Notes under the pieces: model-generated | The model's database searches: none | The model's input: only the letters and a program-made list of their open reading frames with translations | What the model was told of the DNA's origin: nothing | Program-made: the position numbers and the translations under genes | Source: Fluviicola sp. | GTDB taxonomy: Bacteria > Bacteroidota > Bacteroidia > Flavobacteriales_D > Crocinitomicaceae | Direction: 5' to 3' | Length of the DNA stretch: 64,000 nucleotides | Assembly: GCA_020849495.1 (NCBI GenBank) | Contig: JADLGD010000029.1 | Coordinates: 58,439-122,438, forward strand | In this document: positions 28,995-38,171 of the stretch, piece after piece | How the letters are laid out: every line of letters starts with the position of its first letter | Position numbering within the stretch: the first letter of the stretch is position 1

Positions 28995-31193
28995 TTATTT
29001 ATTCGCTGCTGGCAGCTTTTTAAATACTAAGAAATCAGGATTAGCAGGAGGAGCTGTCGCTGGATCAAAATCCAATGTTACCACTTTTGCTTCTGTACGA
29101 CGATTGAACTGCTGAAGCATTTCAAACTTCTTCTTATCCTTTTTGAACGGAGCCATATACGCTTCAGTCATTTTCAATTCTTGCGTTCCTGGAAGCGCTT
29201 CTTTCGTTGTTGGGTCTTTTGGAGGATTCTCATAATATCTAGCACCATTTAAGTACATTGTACGAGGCTCGTTTTCACCTTTACCAACTGGAACGATTCT
29301 TCTTGGATCAACACCTTTTTGTTTTACTAAATACTCATAACAAGCTTTAGAACGGTTTTCAGACAACACTTGATTATAAGTGTTTCCACCACGAGGGTCA
29401 GTATGAGAAGACAATTCTAAAACCAATCCTGGGTTTTCATCCAATAATGTGATTACATAATTCAATGAATCCAAAGAGTTAATTGAAGAATCCTGAACGA
29501 ATTTCCAAGTAGCCACATAGTAACGTACCTCAGGCAAACGAATTGGTTTGATTGGCAACAATCCCATATCTACAACGAAATCTTGATCGTATTTCAAACC
29601 AACAGTTTTAATTTCAGCTGGAATTTTGTTTTCGTAGTATCCTGCTTTACCGATTGTGATTTTGTATTCAGACTCTTCATTGATATAACGATCTCCGTTT
29701 GGTTTTTTATCCCAATAGATTGATCCATCTTTCAATGTTTTACCAGTCCATTTGTCAGCAGGTGTTTTACCTTGAACAGTAACATCTACACCATCAATTT
29801 TAGTTGTACGAGTTTTGTCAGATAAATCAAATACATTCACTTTTAAAGTAAATACATTCGGAGGCAACTCATACATGTAGATATCACCTTTGTAATTATC
29901 AGCAGCACCACCTTTACGCTCAGAAGTGAAGTATCCTTTGCGGTCACTTACTTCTACTAAAGCATAGTCATTAAAATCAGAGTTGATTGGAGAACCTAAA
30001 TTCGTAGGGTTTTCCCATTTGTTTTCTTCACCTACTTTAGCGGCTTTGAACATATCCAAACCACCCATTCCTGGTAATCCGTTAGAAGCATAAATCAAAT
30101 CACCATTCAAAGCTAACGTTGGGAATAATTCATCACCAGGTGTATTGATTTGAGGCCCCATGTTTTGTGGAGTTGACCAAGAAGCAGATTTTTTGTCGTA
30201 AGTAGTAGACCATAAATCTCTTCCACCTAATCCTCCAGGCATATCAGAAGCAAAAATCAAGAATTTACCATCTTCAGATACACAAGGGTGACCAACTGAA
30301 ACAGAGTCATTTGATTTCAATGGTAATTTCACTGGACGATCCCAACCTTTACCACCAGCTTCAGACATCCAGATATCACATCCTAAATTTTGTTTCTTTC
30401 TAGTAGGACAACGTGTAAAGAACATCGTTTTAGCACGACCATCGATACAAATTGTACCTTCATTATCTTCTGTATTGATACTATCACCCTCAATTAATTT
30501 GACAGCAGTGAAATTTCCTTTTTTATCAATCTCAGAAACGAAAATGTCCATGTAAGATTCACAAGAACGTGGATCATCATCATTTCCAACAACACCTTCA
30601 CGTGAACTTGAGAATGCCATTACCAATCCCTTTTTGTCCACAAACATTGGCGCCATGTCAAAACCTTCCTTGTTCAAAACAGAAACATTCGTAACTGTGT
30701 GACGCGTTCTGTTTTCTTTGAACTCTTCGTTTTTCTTGCATGATTCAATACCAACATCTGCACGAGCATCGTCTGGAACAAGCGCTTTGTACAAAGCATA
30801 GTTTTGCTCAGCTTTCTTGAATTCACCCATTACACGCAACATCTCTGCATTGTATAAGTAAACCAACGGCTCTTTTTCTTGGTATTTCAACAAAATAGCT
30901 TTGTCATACCATTCATTTGCTTGCTTTACATCCTCGATGTTACGGAATGCTTCAGCAGTTTTGAATGCCATATCTCCTTTAGCTGCTAAAGCCAAAGTAC
31001 CACTTCGTTTGATTTTAGAATAAGCAACCGCACATTTATCAGCGGCTTCACAATAATTTTCACTACGGTAAGACTTGTTAGCGTCTTTTAAATACTTCGG
31101 TTGTGCCGAAACCAATCCCGAGATACCGATAGATACTAGTAATGTAAGTGTTTTAACGTTCATAGCAAGGTGCAAACTTTTGTTAAATTTCAT
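28995..31193 (-). CDS. PorE-like protein (TPR + PD40 propeller + carboxypeptidase-regulatory-like + OmpA_C)
   Basis: TPR N-terminus; PD40 repeats (FASDMPGGLGGRDLW, INTPGDELFP); OmpA motifs LSSHTDPRG...LSENR and NRRTE. Confidence 0.8.
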   Translation of the reverse strand: MKFNKSLHLAMNVKTLTLLVSIGISGLVSAQPKYLKDANKSYRSENYCEAADKCAVAYSKIKRSGTLALAAKGDMAFKTAEAFRNIEDVKQANEWYDKAILLKYQEKEPLVYLYNAEMLRVMGEFKKAEQNYALYKALVPDDARADVGIESCKKNEEFKENRTRHTVTNVSVLNKEGFDMAPMFVDKKGLVMAFSSSREGVVGNDDDPRSCESYMDIFVSEIDKKGNFTAVKLIEGDSINTEDNEGTICIDGRAKTMFFTRCPTRKKQNLGCDIWMSEAGGKGWDRPVKLPLKSNDSVSVGHPCVSEDGKFLIFASDMPGGLGGRDLWSTTYDKKSASWSTPQNMGPQINTPGDELFPTLALNGDLIYASNGLPGMGGLDMFKAAKVGEENKWENPTNLGSPINSDFNDYALVEVSDRKGYFTSERKGGAADNYKGDIYMYELPPNVFTLKVNVFDLSDKTRTTKIDGVDVTVQGKTPADKWTGKTLKDGSIYWDKKPNGDRYINEESEYKITIGKAGYYENKIPAEIKTVGLKYDQDFVVDMGLLPIKPIRLPEVRYYVATWKFVQDSSINSLDSLNYVITLLDENPGLVLELSSHTDPRGGNTYNQVLSENRSKACYEYLVKQKGVDPRRIVPVGKGENEPRTMYLNGARYYENPPKDPTTKEALPGTQELKMTEAYMAPFKKDKKKFEMLQQFNRRTEAKVVTLDFDPATAPPANPDFLVFKKLPAANK

Positions 31194-31337
31194 TCATTTA
31201 TATGCGTCAAATGATCCTGAAAATCGTTCAATTTCATCAAAACATACGTATAGAAGATTGCCGAAGTTAAATTAAAATTTTTAAACTGGCGCGTTTCATA
31301 CGTAAAAAAATACGTTTAATCGAATATTTGTGAGATT

Positions 31338-32366
31338 TTAGCCAACAACATAGCGTTCCCATTTATCCAATAAAGCCTTGAATCCAATAGGTAGTTCGGA
31401 GTCAAATTGCATCCATTCTCCTTTTGAAGGATGATAAAAACCAAGGGATTTCGCATGCAATGCTTGTCCTGGAATCAAATCGAAACAATTACTAATAAAC
31501 TGTTTGTAAGCTGCGCTGGTAGTTCCTTTCACCACTTTGTCGCCGCCGTATTCCAGGTCATGAAACAAAGGATGCCCTATCCATTTAAGGTGTGTTCTAA
31601 TTTGATGGGTTCTTCCTGTTTCCAATTTGCATTCTACCAAGGTTACCAATCCGTATCGTTTCAACACTTTCACATGAGTAACAGCATGTTTACCATGATC
31701 TCCTTCTGGAAAAACCGCCATCACTTTCCTGTTTTGTAGTGACCTGCCCAAGTTTCCTTCAATCCGAACATCTGCTTCTAAATCGCCCCAAACCAAAGCA
31801 TGATATCGGCGCTCGGTTGTTCGATCATAAAATTGTTTAGCTAACTGGGTTAAGGCGTTTTCCGTTTTAGCAACAACCATAATTCCAGTTGTATGTTTAT
31901 CTAAACGGTGTACCAAGCCTGGTCGACCAAAATAGTCGTGCATTCTAACAGGCAACTGATCAAAATGATAGACCAAAGCATTCACTAATGTTCCAGTATA
32001 GTTTCCATATCCAGGATGAACGACCATATTTGCTGGCTTATTGATCACAATCAAATCTTGATCTTCATAAACAATATCCAAAGGTATGTCTTGAGCAATC
32101 AATTCAATCTCTCGGACAGGATATGGCAAGACCATAGAAACCTCATCTCCAGGTTTAATACGGTAGTTTTGCTTAACAACTTGCGTGTTTACAAGGATGT
32201 TTCCATTCTTTGCTGCAACCTGAATTTTATTGCGCGAAGTGTTTGGCATGCGATCCAACAGAAACTTATCAATACGAATAACTTCTTGACCTGGATCAGC
32301 TTTAAAACGGTAATGCTCGAATAATTCTTCTTCTTCTTGATCGAATTCTTGAACGGAATCATTCAT
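31338..32366 (-). CDS. rluD: RluA-family 23S rRNA pseudouridine synthase (S4 domain)
   Basis: RIDKFL S4 domain, NKPANMVVHP, HRLDKHTTG, TGRTHQIR. Confidence 0.88.
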   Translation of the reverse strand: MNDSVQEFDQEEEELFEHYRFKADPGQEVIRIDKFLLDRMPNTSRNKIQVAAKNGNILVNTQVVKQNYRIKPGDEVSMVLPYPVREIELIAQDIPLDIVYEDQDLIVINKPANMVVHPGYGNYTGTLVNALVYHFDQLPVRMHDYFGRPGLVHRLDKHTTGIMVVAKTENALTQLAKQFYDRTTERRYHALVWGDLEADVRIEGNLGRSLQNRKVMAVFPEGDHGKHAVTHVKVLKRYGLVTLVECKLETGRTHQIRTHLKWIGHPLFHDLEYGGDKVVKGTTSAAYKQFISNCFDLIPGQALHAKSLGFYHPSKGEWMQFDSELPIGFKALLDKWERYVVG

Positions 32367-34562
32367 CTATTTTAAAATCTTTTTAGTGGATGGTGTATTT
32401 CCAATCAATTTTAAAAAATAGACACCAGAAGGGAATTCTTTAAATGAAATACTTTCAGAATCACTATTCATTTCAGCGAGCACTCTTCCTGTACAATCCA
32501 CCACAACTGCACCTGGGAAAGCACTATTTTCATTCCAACGAATGGATAATTGATCGGTAACTGGATTAGGATAAACTTCCCAATTTAAATCAACTTGCGG
32601 CTCAACCAACCCTAAATCGGCGTTTCCTACTGTTGAAAAAATGGGGCGCATCATCATACTTCCTTCTAAAGAAGAATTGGACCAAGTTGAACCTCCGTTT
32701 AATGAATAAAATGTTTTGTCAGAATTGTCATTGTTTTTATCAAAACCAATATTCAAACGATCAGCATCAATCTGTCTCCAACCCACATAGAATTTTCCTG
32801 CTGGCAAAACAACTGCGGTATCTTCAAAATAGTAATCTGTAAAAACGCCTCTTTCACTTTCATAAATTGGTTGACGAGCATTGAAGAATTCATCTTGGTA
32901 CAAAACAGTACCTGGAACACCGCCATTGTCTGCCCAAACAGTAAGCATGAACAATTTATCACTCACATCATTAACGGAAGGCACGAAATGAATTTTTACT
33001 CCTAACAAGGTATCCGTTTCATAAGGATCAAATTGATAAGCAATTCTAGCTTGAACACCAGTCACACCATAAGCTGCTTCAGCCGAACCGTCATCGTAAG
33101 CATATTCATTTCCAAAATATTGCTGAACATAAGAAGTATCATTTCCAGTAAACGTTGGAAACTGAGCAGAAGCTGCTGCAATCACATCGAACGTTTTTTC
33201 TTCTACACTTGGCGTTGTACTAAAAACATATCCTGCAGAAAAATTGTGAAACGATTCGTAAACCGTTCGAGGAGCATAATTTGGAAAACCTCCAGACAAG
33301 GTTTGAGCCATTAAAGTGAAATTCCCTTCGTTTGTACCTGCTACGTCAACTGCTACACTTCCATTCAAGTTGTTTTCAGGGATATTGGAACCATTTCTTA
33401 CGATTACTCGAATACTATCCGTCATGTGAGTAGGATCATTTACCCAGTGATCCCAAGGAACTTGAGTATAGGTTTTTATCAAAGAACCAATAGGATAAAC
33501 AAATGCGTAATCTTTGAACAAGGTATCGTAATAAATACTTCCAGATCTTAAATGCACATAATCCAAATGGAATTCATCTAACATTCCGGATAGACCTCCG
33601 TAATTTTTAAAGCGAAATTTAAATCCGTTTGTTAAATAAGCTGCATTCGTAATGCGAATATGCCCTACTTTAAAATCTTGCACATTTGAACCATTCATGC
33701 TCCACACATGCTCCCAATCATCTTCACCCACATTGTAAAATTCCAAGACCAAAGAATCACTTACTTCTGGCTCATCTCCCAAACCTTCTGCTTGCGCTAA
33801 AAAACTGAAATAAATGGAATCATTTGGAGCAAAAGAAGACAAATCGATGGATTTTGATGTCAAAAAATCGGCATAACCCACAGTAGCAGAACCAAAATTA
33901 TAAGGATAACCCGTTTCATCCAATCCATCAAAAGTGACTACACCCAAAGACCATGGATCTTTGGCGTGTGTGAAATTACGATAAGCTTGTTGGTCTATCC
34001 AATATGCATCAGGGTTTGATAAAGATGCGGTAAATACTAATGCTGAATCCTGTGCGTACTCAGGAACAGCAATATAAATAGTGTCTGGATCATTTGGAAA
34101 ATCCAACGTATCATAGATAAAATAAGGAGGATAAACTGTAATTGTAGTATAAACAACAGGATAACTGGAGAAACTTCCTACTTTGATGGTTGTAGAAGGC
34201 AAATCTGTTTCAATCACTGCTCCATTTTGCACGGTTCTCAATTTGGTAATTGTTGCTGTATAAGCAGCTGAAGCAGGTAAAGGAACATCTGCAACATCTT
34301 TTAATCGATAGAACAATTCCTCTGTTACATTTGGATCTCCGGGGTTTGCATTGTGTGTTTGAAATTTATCGTGAGAAAACTCATCAAACAAAGGCAAACT
34401 TAGAGTATCATATAGATAAATGAATGAACTATCAATGTTACTCGTTGTCTTTAAAACCTGTTTTTTGTCTGCTCGTTTCTGAAATCGAATTGCCTCCAAA
34501 GATTCTTGTGACCAAACATTGGAACAACCGATGAATAACAACACTATGAAAAAATGCTTCAT
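32367..34562 (-). CDS. T9SS type A CTD protein, conserved uncharacterised
   Basis: Signal peptide from 34562; TFDGLDETGYPY, YAYDDGSAEAAYG; CTD VYPNPVTD...FPSGVYFLK. Confidence 0.8.
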   Translation of the reverse strand: MKHFFIVLLFIGCSNVWSQESLEAIRFQKRADKKQVLKTTSNIDSSFIYLYDTLSLPLFDEFSHDKFQTHNANPGDPNVTEELFYRLKDVADVPLPASAAYTATITKLRTVQNGAVIETDLPSTTIKVGSFSSYPVVYTTITVYPPYFIYDTLDFPNDPDTIYIAVPEYAQDSALVFTASLSNPDAYWIDQQAYRNFTHAKDPWSLGVVTFDGLDETGYPYNFGSATVGYADFLTSKSIDLSSFAPNDSIYFSFLAQAEGLGDEPEVSDSLVLEFYNVGEDDWEHVWSMNGSNVQDFKVGHIRITNAAYLTNGFKFRFKNYGGLSGMLDEFHLDYVHLRSGSIYYDTLFKDYAFVYPIGSLIKTYTQVPWDHWVNDPTHMTDSIRVIVRNGSNIPENNLNGSVAVDVAGTNEGNFTLMAQTLSGGFPNYAPRTVYESFHNFSAGYVFSTTPSVEEKTFDVIAAASAQFPTFTGNDTSYVQQYFGNEYAYDDGSAEAAYGVTGVQARIAYQFDPYETDTLLGVKIHFVPSVNDVSDKLFMLTVWADNGGVPGTVLYQDEFFNARQPIYESERGVFTDYYFEDTAVVLPAGKFYVGWRQIDADRLNIGFDKNNDNSDKTFYSLNGGSTWSNSSLEGSMMMRPIFSTVGNADLGLVEPQVDLNWEVYPNPVTDQLSIRWNENSAFPGAVVVDCTGRVLAEMNSDSESISFKEFPSGVYFLKLIGNTPSTKKILK

Positions 34563-34572
34563 GCTCTTGAAT

Positions 34573-35367
34573 TTAATTTCCAGATTTGGAAGCATTGACC
34601 ATGATAGTTGTCCCAGCTGGCAACATCACTCCTTCTAAATACTCAGGACTTTGAGAATAAATGATAGCAGAAGTAGAATCTTCACCGGTAAGACAACCAT
34701 CACAAGATCCAATCTGGAAATTTAATGATGTTCCTTGTAAACGTCCTCTTGCTTCAGATATTGTGGAATTCACTAAATCCATCACTTCTGTAGGCTGACC
34801 ACTTTCATTTTCTCCAACAACAATGGTGATAACCGAACCAATTGGAATACGTGTTCCTTCTTTAATTTCTGTTCCTTTATATAATTGTTTTAGTACAGCT
34901 CCATTTGCTTCAGAAGTAGGGACATATTGAATTCTGAACTTCAATCCACGGTTTTTCAATACACTTTCAGCAAAACGTTGCGACTTATCAATCAAACTTG
35001 GCATTTCTACTAAACGTGTACGTTTTGAAACGCGGACACGAATAATTCTTCCAGATTTCACATAAACCAACGACTTTGATGTTGGAAGTGGATCTTGCTC
35101 TAAAATGGTACCTGCAGGTAAATCTGGTCGGTAAACTGAATCCAATAACTCCATTTTTAAATCCAACTCTTCTAAAGCAGCTTGTGCTTTTACGGAAGGC
35201 ATCCCGACTAAATTTGGCAATTTAATTTTTTCACCATGATTGGTAAAGGCATCCAAATACAAGATGGTTCCCCCAACAATTACAATGTAAGTGATTAAAA
35301 TATATCCAGAATGTTTCAAGAAATGTTTACTCCAAACAAACGCTTTTATTTTCTGCCAAAGTTCCAT
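34573..35367 (-). CDS. PASTA-domain membrane protein
   Basis: N-terminal TM helix; three PASTA repeats (LPNLVGM, MPSLIDKS, VMDLVNST). Confidence 0.9.
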   Translation of the reverse strand: MELWQKIKAFVWSKHFLKHSGYILITYIVIVGGTILYLDAFTNHGEKIKLPNLVGMPSVKAQAALEELDLKMELLDSVYRPDLPAGTILEQDPLPTSKSLVYVKSGRIIRVRVSKRTRLVEMPSLIDKSQRFAESVLKNRGLKFRIQYVPTSEANGAVLKQLYKGTEIKEGTRIPIGSVITIVVGENESGQPTEVMDLVNSTISEARGRLQGTSLNFQIGSCDGCLTGEDSTSAIIYSQSPEYLEGVMLPAGTTIMVNASKSGN

Positions 35368-35517
35368 GTTACTTTCAAAGTGAAAAACAAATATATAAAG
35401 AATGTTTCGGGTGAAAAACCTTACGAAAATAAGCTTTCAACAATTCAGGATGAAAACTTTTAATTTATTTGTGAAAATTCAATTTAATGAAAAGTAAATT
35501 TGAAAAAAAGTTCTACC

Positions 35518-36483
35518 ATGAAACGCGTTGGTTTATTCTGCGGAGGGTTTTCTTCCGAGTTTGAAATTTCGATGAAAAGTGCTCAAACAATCGAAGCACA
35601 TTTTCCTTCTGATTATGCAATTGTGAAAATTGAAGTCACTAAAAATGGTTGGTTCGCACTAGAAAATGGTGAACGAATTCCTTTTTCACTTGATACTTTT
35701 TCTTACTCGTACCAATCTGAAGAGAAAAAAATCGACGTTGGTTTGATTTACATTCATGGAAATCCAGGCGAAAATGGAAAAGTACAAGCGTTATTAGATA
35801 TCAAAGGGATTCCGTATGTCAATTCATCTGCTTTGGCTTCTGAATTATCGTTCGACAAGTGGTATTGCAATCAGTTTTTGAAAAATTTCAATATTCCAGT
35901 TGCAAAGTCGCTTTTTCTACGTTCAAAAACAGAATTTTCAAACGAAACAATATTGAAAGAATTAGGGTTACCATGTTTTGTGAAACCTTCTGATTCTGGT
36001 TCAAGTTATGGTATTTCAAAAGTAAACGAAGCGAGTGAATTGAATGATGCCTTGGATAAAGCATTTAAAGAAGGTGGAACCGTAGTCATTGAGTCCTTTT
36101 TGAAAGGAACAGAAGTCACTTGTGGCGTTTATCGACGTAAAGATGGTTTGCATGCATTGCCATTAACAGAAATTGCAACAGAAAATGCCTTTTTTGATTA
36201 CGAAGCAAAATACCTTGGACAATCGCAAGAAATTACCCCTGCAAGAGTTTCAGATGAAGTTCGAATAAAAGTGCAGGAACGCGCAAAGTATTGTTATGAA
36301 TTATTACAATTACGTTCCATAGCTCGCATTGATTTTATGGTCGTAGAAAACGAAGCTTATGTTATTGAGGTGAATACAACTCCAGGTTTTTCACCGGCGA
36401 GTATCGTTCCGCAAATGCTTGCAGCAGACGGCATTTCAATTCATGATTTTTGGAAGGAAATTTTCAGTGTTGAATTAGCATAA
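35518..36483 (+). CDS. ddl: D-alanine--D-alanine ligase
   Basis: GGFSSEFEIS, IHGNPGENG, FVKPSDSGSSYG, DYEAKY, EVNTTPG. TAAATTTG -7 element at 35495-35502; start moved to 35518. Confidence 0.95.
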   Translation: MKRVGLFCGGFSSEFEISMKSAQTIEAHFPSDYAIVKIEVTKNGWFALENGERIPFSLDTFSYSYQSEEKKIDVGLIYIHGNPGENGKVQALLDIKGIPYVNSSALASELSFDKWYCNQFLKNFNIPVAKSLFLRSKTEFSNETILKELGLPCFVKPSDSGSSYGISKVNEASELNDALDKAFKEGGTVVIESFLKGTEVTCGVYRRKDGLHALPLTEIATENAFFDYEAKYLGQSQEITPARVSDEVRIKVQERAKYCYELLQLRSIARIDFMVVENEAYVIEVNTTPGFSPASIVPQMLAADGISIHDFWKEIFSVELA

Positions 36484-36487
36484 AATG

Positions 36488-36519
36488 AAAAAGGGTATTT
36501 TCCATCAAAATACCCTTTT
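36488..36519. terminator. Bidirectional terminator between ddl and the LRR gene
   Basis: 13-bp inverted repeat AAAAGGGTATTTT/AAAATACCCTTTT. Confidence 0.85.
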
Positions 36520-36580
36520 CCAAACCTAAAACCCAATTTACCAAACCAATCAGAGAGAACTCTGATGTACTTGACACTTA
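36520..36580 (-). ncRNA. Candidate small RNA (hairpin + GU-rich tract, ending at the 36488 terminator)
   Basis: Upstream CCAACC-N15-CATCAT promoter-like motif; ATCAGAG/CTCTGAT hairpin; no ORF. Inference only. Confidence 0.3.
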
Positions 36581-36635
36581 CATGATGGGTCAATTTTTAA
36601 AAGGTTGGAAAACAAATTATCTTTTTTTTATTTTT

Positions 36636-37208
36636 TTAATCGACACAGTGACAAGGTGCATCAAAATACCAAGTAACTTGAGGCATTCGCTCTTGCCATT
36701 TGGATTGAAAACCTGGACTCAACATGATCGAACGCATGTCCACTGCTTTCAGATTTTGTAATTTGAGCAAGTCTTCTGGCAACTCAGCAATGGGATTATC
36801 CCAAATATCCAAAAAAGTTAATTCAGATAAAAAACCAATACATGCAGGTAAACTTGAAATATGATTTCTAGCCAAGTGTAATTTTCTCAATGCTGGTAAT
36901 TGACAAATAACAATTGGACTATTAGTGATCTTGTTTTTTGTAGCATCCAAGACTTTCAGCTGTTTGAAAACGCCTAAATCAAGTGGTAATTCTGTTAATT
37001 TGTTTTTACTAATATTTAAAAACCTTAACTGTTTGAACTCATACAATTCTGTTGGGATGGTTTCCCACTTCAATTGGGAAGCGTCAATAGCAAAAACACT
37101 ATCTCGATGCATCGTCAATGCATGCTCCCATTTGTAAATTTTGAGTGTATCTTGAGCGAACAGATTAGTTTGCCAAATCAAGCAAAACAGTACGAGCCAT
37201 TTCAGCAT
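36636..37208 (-). CDS. Secreted leucine-rich-repeat protein
   Basis: Signal peptide; LRR consensus LxxLxLxxNxL repeated about five times. Confidence 0.88.
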   Translation of the reverse strand: MLKWLVLFCLIWQTNLFAQDTLKIYKWEHALTMHRDSVFAIDASQLKWETIPTELYEFKQLRFLNISKNKLTELPLDLGVFKQLKVLDATKNKITNSPIVICQLPALRKLHLARNHISSLPACIGFLSELTFLDIWDNPIAELPEDLLKLQNLKAVDMRSIMLSPGFQSKWQERMPQVTWYFDAPCHCVD

Positions 37209-38103
37209 CTTTAGAAAGTTGAAGTTTTAACGAATTTACGGAATCAAAGCGTTGCTCCCCTCTTAAATAAGTATAAAAGTCAACTTTTATTGTTTCTCCA
37301 TAAATATCTTGGTCAAAATCAAAGATGAAAACTTCAGCAGAAATCGTCTCTGTTTGCTTTACAGTAGGCTTTTTACCAATATTTAAAACACCCTGAAACA
37401 ATTGATCTTTTATGAATACTTTCACCGCATACACACCCAAATTTGGAAGTATTTTATCTTGATCCAATTGGATATTTGCAGTTGGAAACCCTATTGTTCG
37501 GCCTAGTTTATTCCCATGAATGACTTCTCCAGTAATGGAGTAAGGTTTCCCCAAAAAGGCAGAAGCCAAAGTAGTATTTCCTTCTAAGAGTGCATTTCTA
37601 ATTTTAGTTGAACTAATAGCCGTTTCTCCTACTGTTATTGCTGAAGTTTCATGCACTTCAAATCCGAATTGTTTTCCTAAATCGACCAACTCCGTGAATG
37701 ATCCTTCTCTGTTTTTACCAAAATGGTGATCATAGCCAATGTGAATTTCACTAATGTGAATGGTATCTACCAAAATTTGTTTCACAAACTCTTCAGCACT
37801 TAACAGAGAAAATTCTTTTGTAAAGGGAAATAAAATAACTGTATCCAAGCCCAAAGCTTCCAGTTTCACCAATTTCTCCTCAATCGTATCAATGAGTTTT
37901 ACCCCATGTGATTCGGGATTGAGTACCATTCGAGGATGTGGATGAAAGGTAAACAAAACCGATTCTTTTCCTGCAGCTTTTGCCCGTTTGACCAATTTCT
38001 CAAGTATCGCTTGATGACCAATATGTACACCATCATACGTACCCAATGTAAGAATTGGTTGATTAAAAATAGTATCAGAAGACAGGGAACGGATCACTCT
38101 CAT
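37165..38103 (-). CDS. ribF: Bifunctional riboflavin kinase / FAD synthetase
   Basis: GTYDGVHIGH, FHPHP, GYDHHFG, ISSTKIR, GRTIGFPTAN. Start moved to 38103. Confidence 0.95.
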   Translation of the reverse strand: MRVIRSLSSDTIFNQPILTLGTYDGVHIGHQAILEKLVKRAKAAGKESVLFTFHPHPRMVLNPESHGVKLIDTIEEKLVKLEALGLDTVILFPFTKEFSLLSAEEFVKQILVDTIHISEIHIGYDHHFGKNREGSFTELVDLGKQFGFEVHETSAITVGETAISSTKIRNALLEGNTTLASAFLGKPYSITGEVIHGNKLGRTIGFPTANIQLDQDKILPNLGVYAVKVFIKDQLFQGVLNIGKKPTVKQTETISAEVFIFDFDQDIYGETIKVDFYTYLRGEQRFDSVNSLKLQLSKDAEMARTVLLDLAN

Positions 38104-38123
38104 GGAACAAAAATAGTGAAACA

Positions 38124-38154
38124 AAAAGAGGCCACAATCATTGCAGCCTCTTTT
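38124..38154 (-). terminator. Intrinsic terminator after 38172..40067
   Basis: Minus strand GAGGCTGCAA-tga-TTGTGGCCTC followed by a T run. Confidence 0.7.
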
Positions 38155-38171
38155 CAGTATCATTTTGAAAT

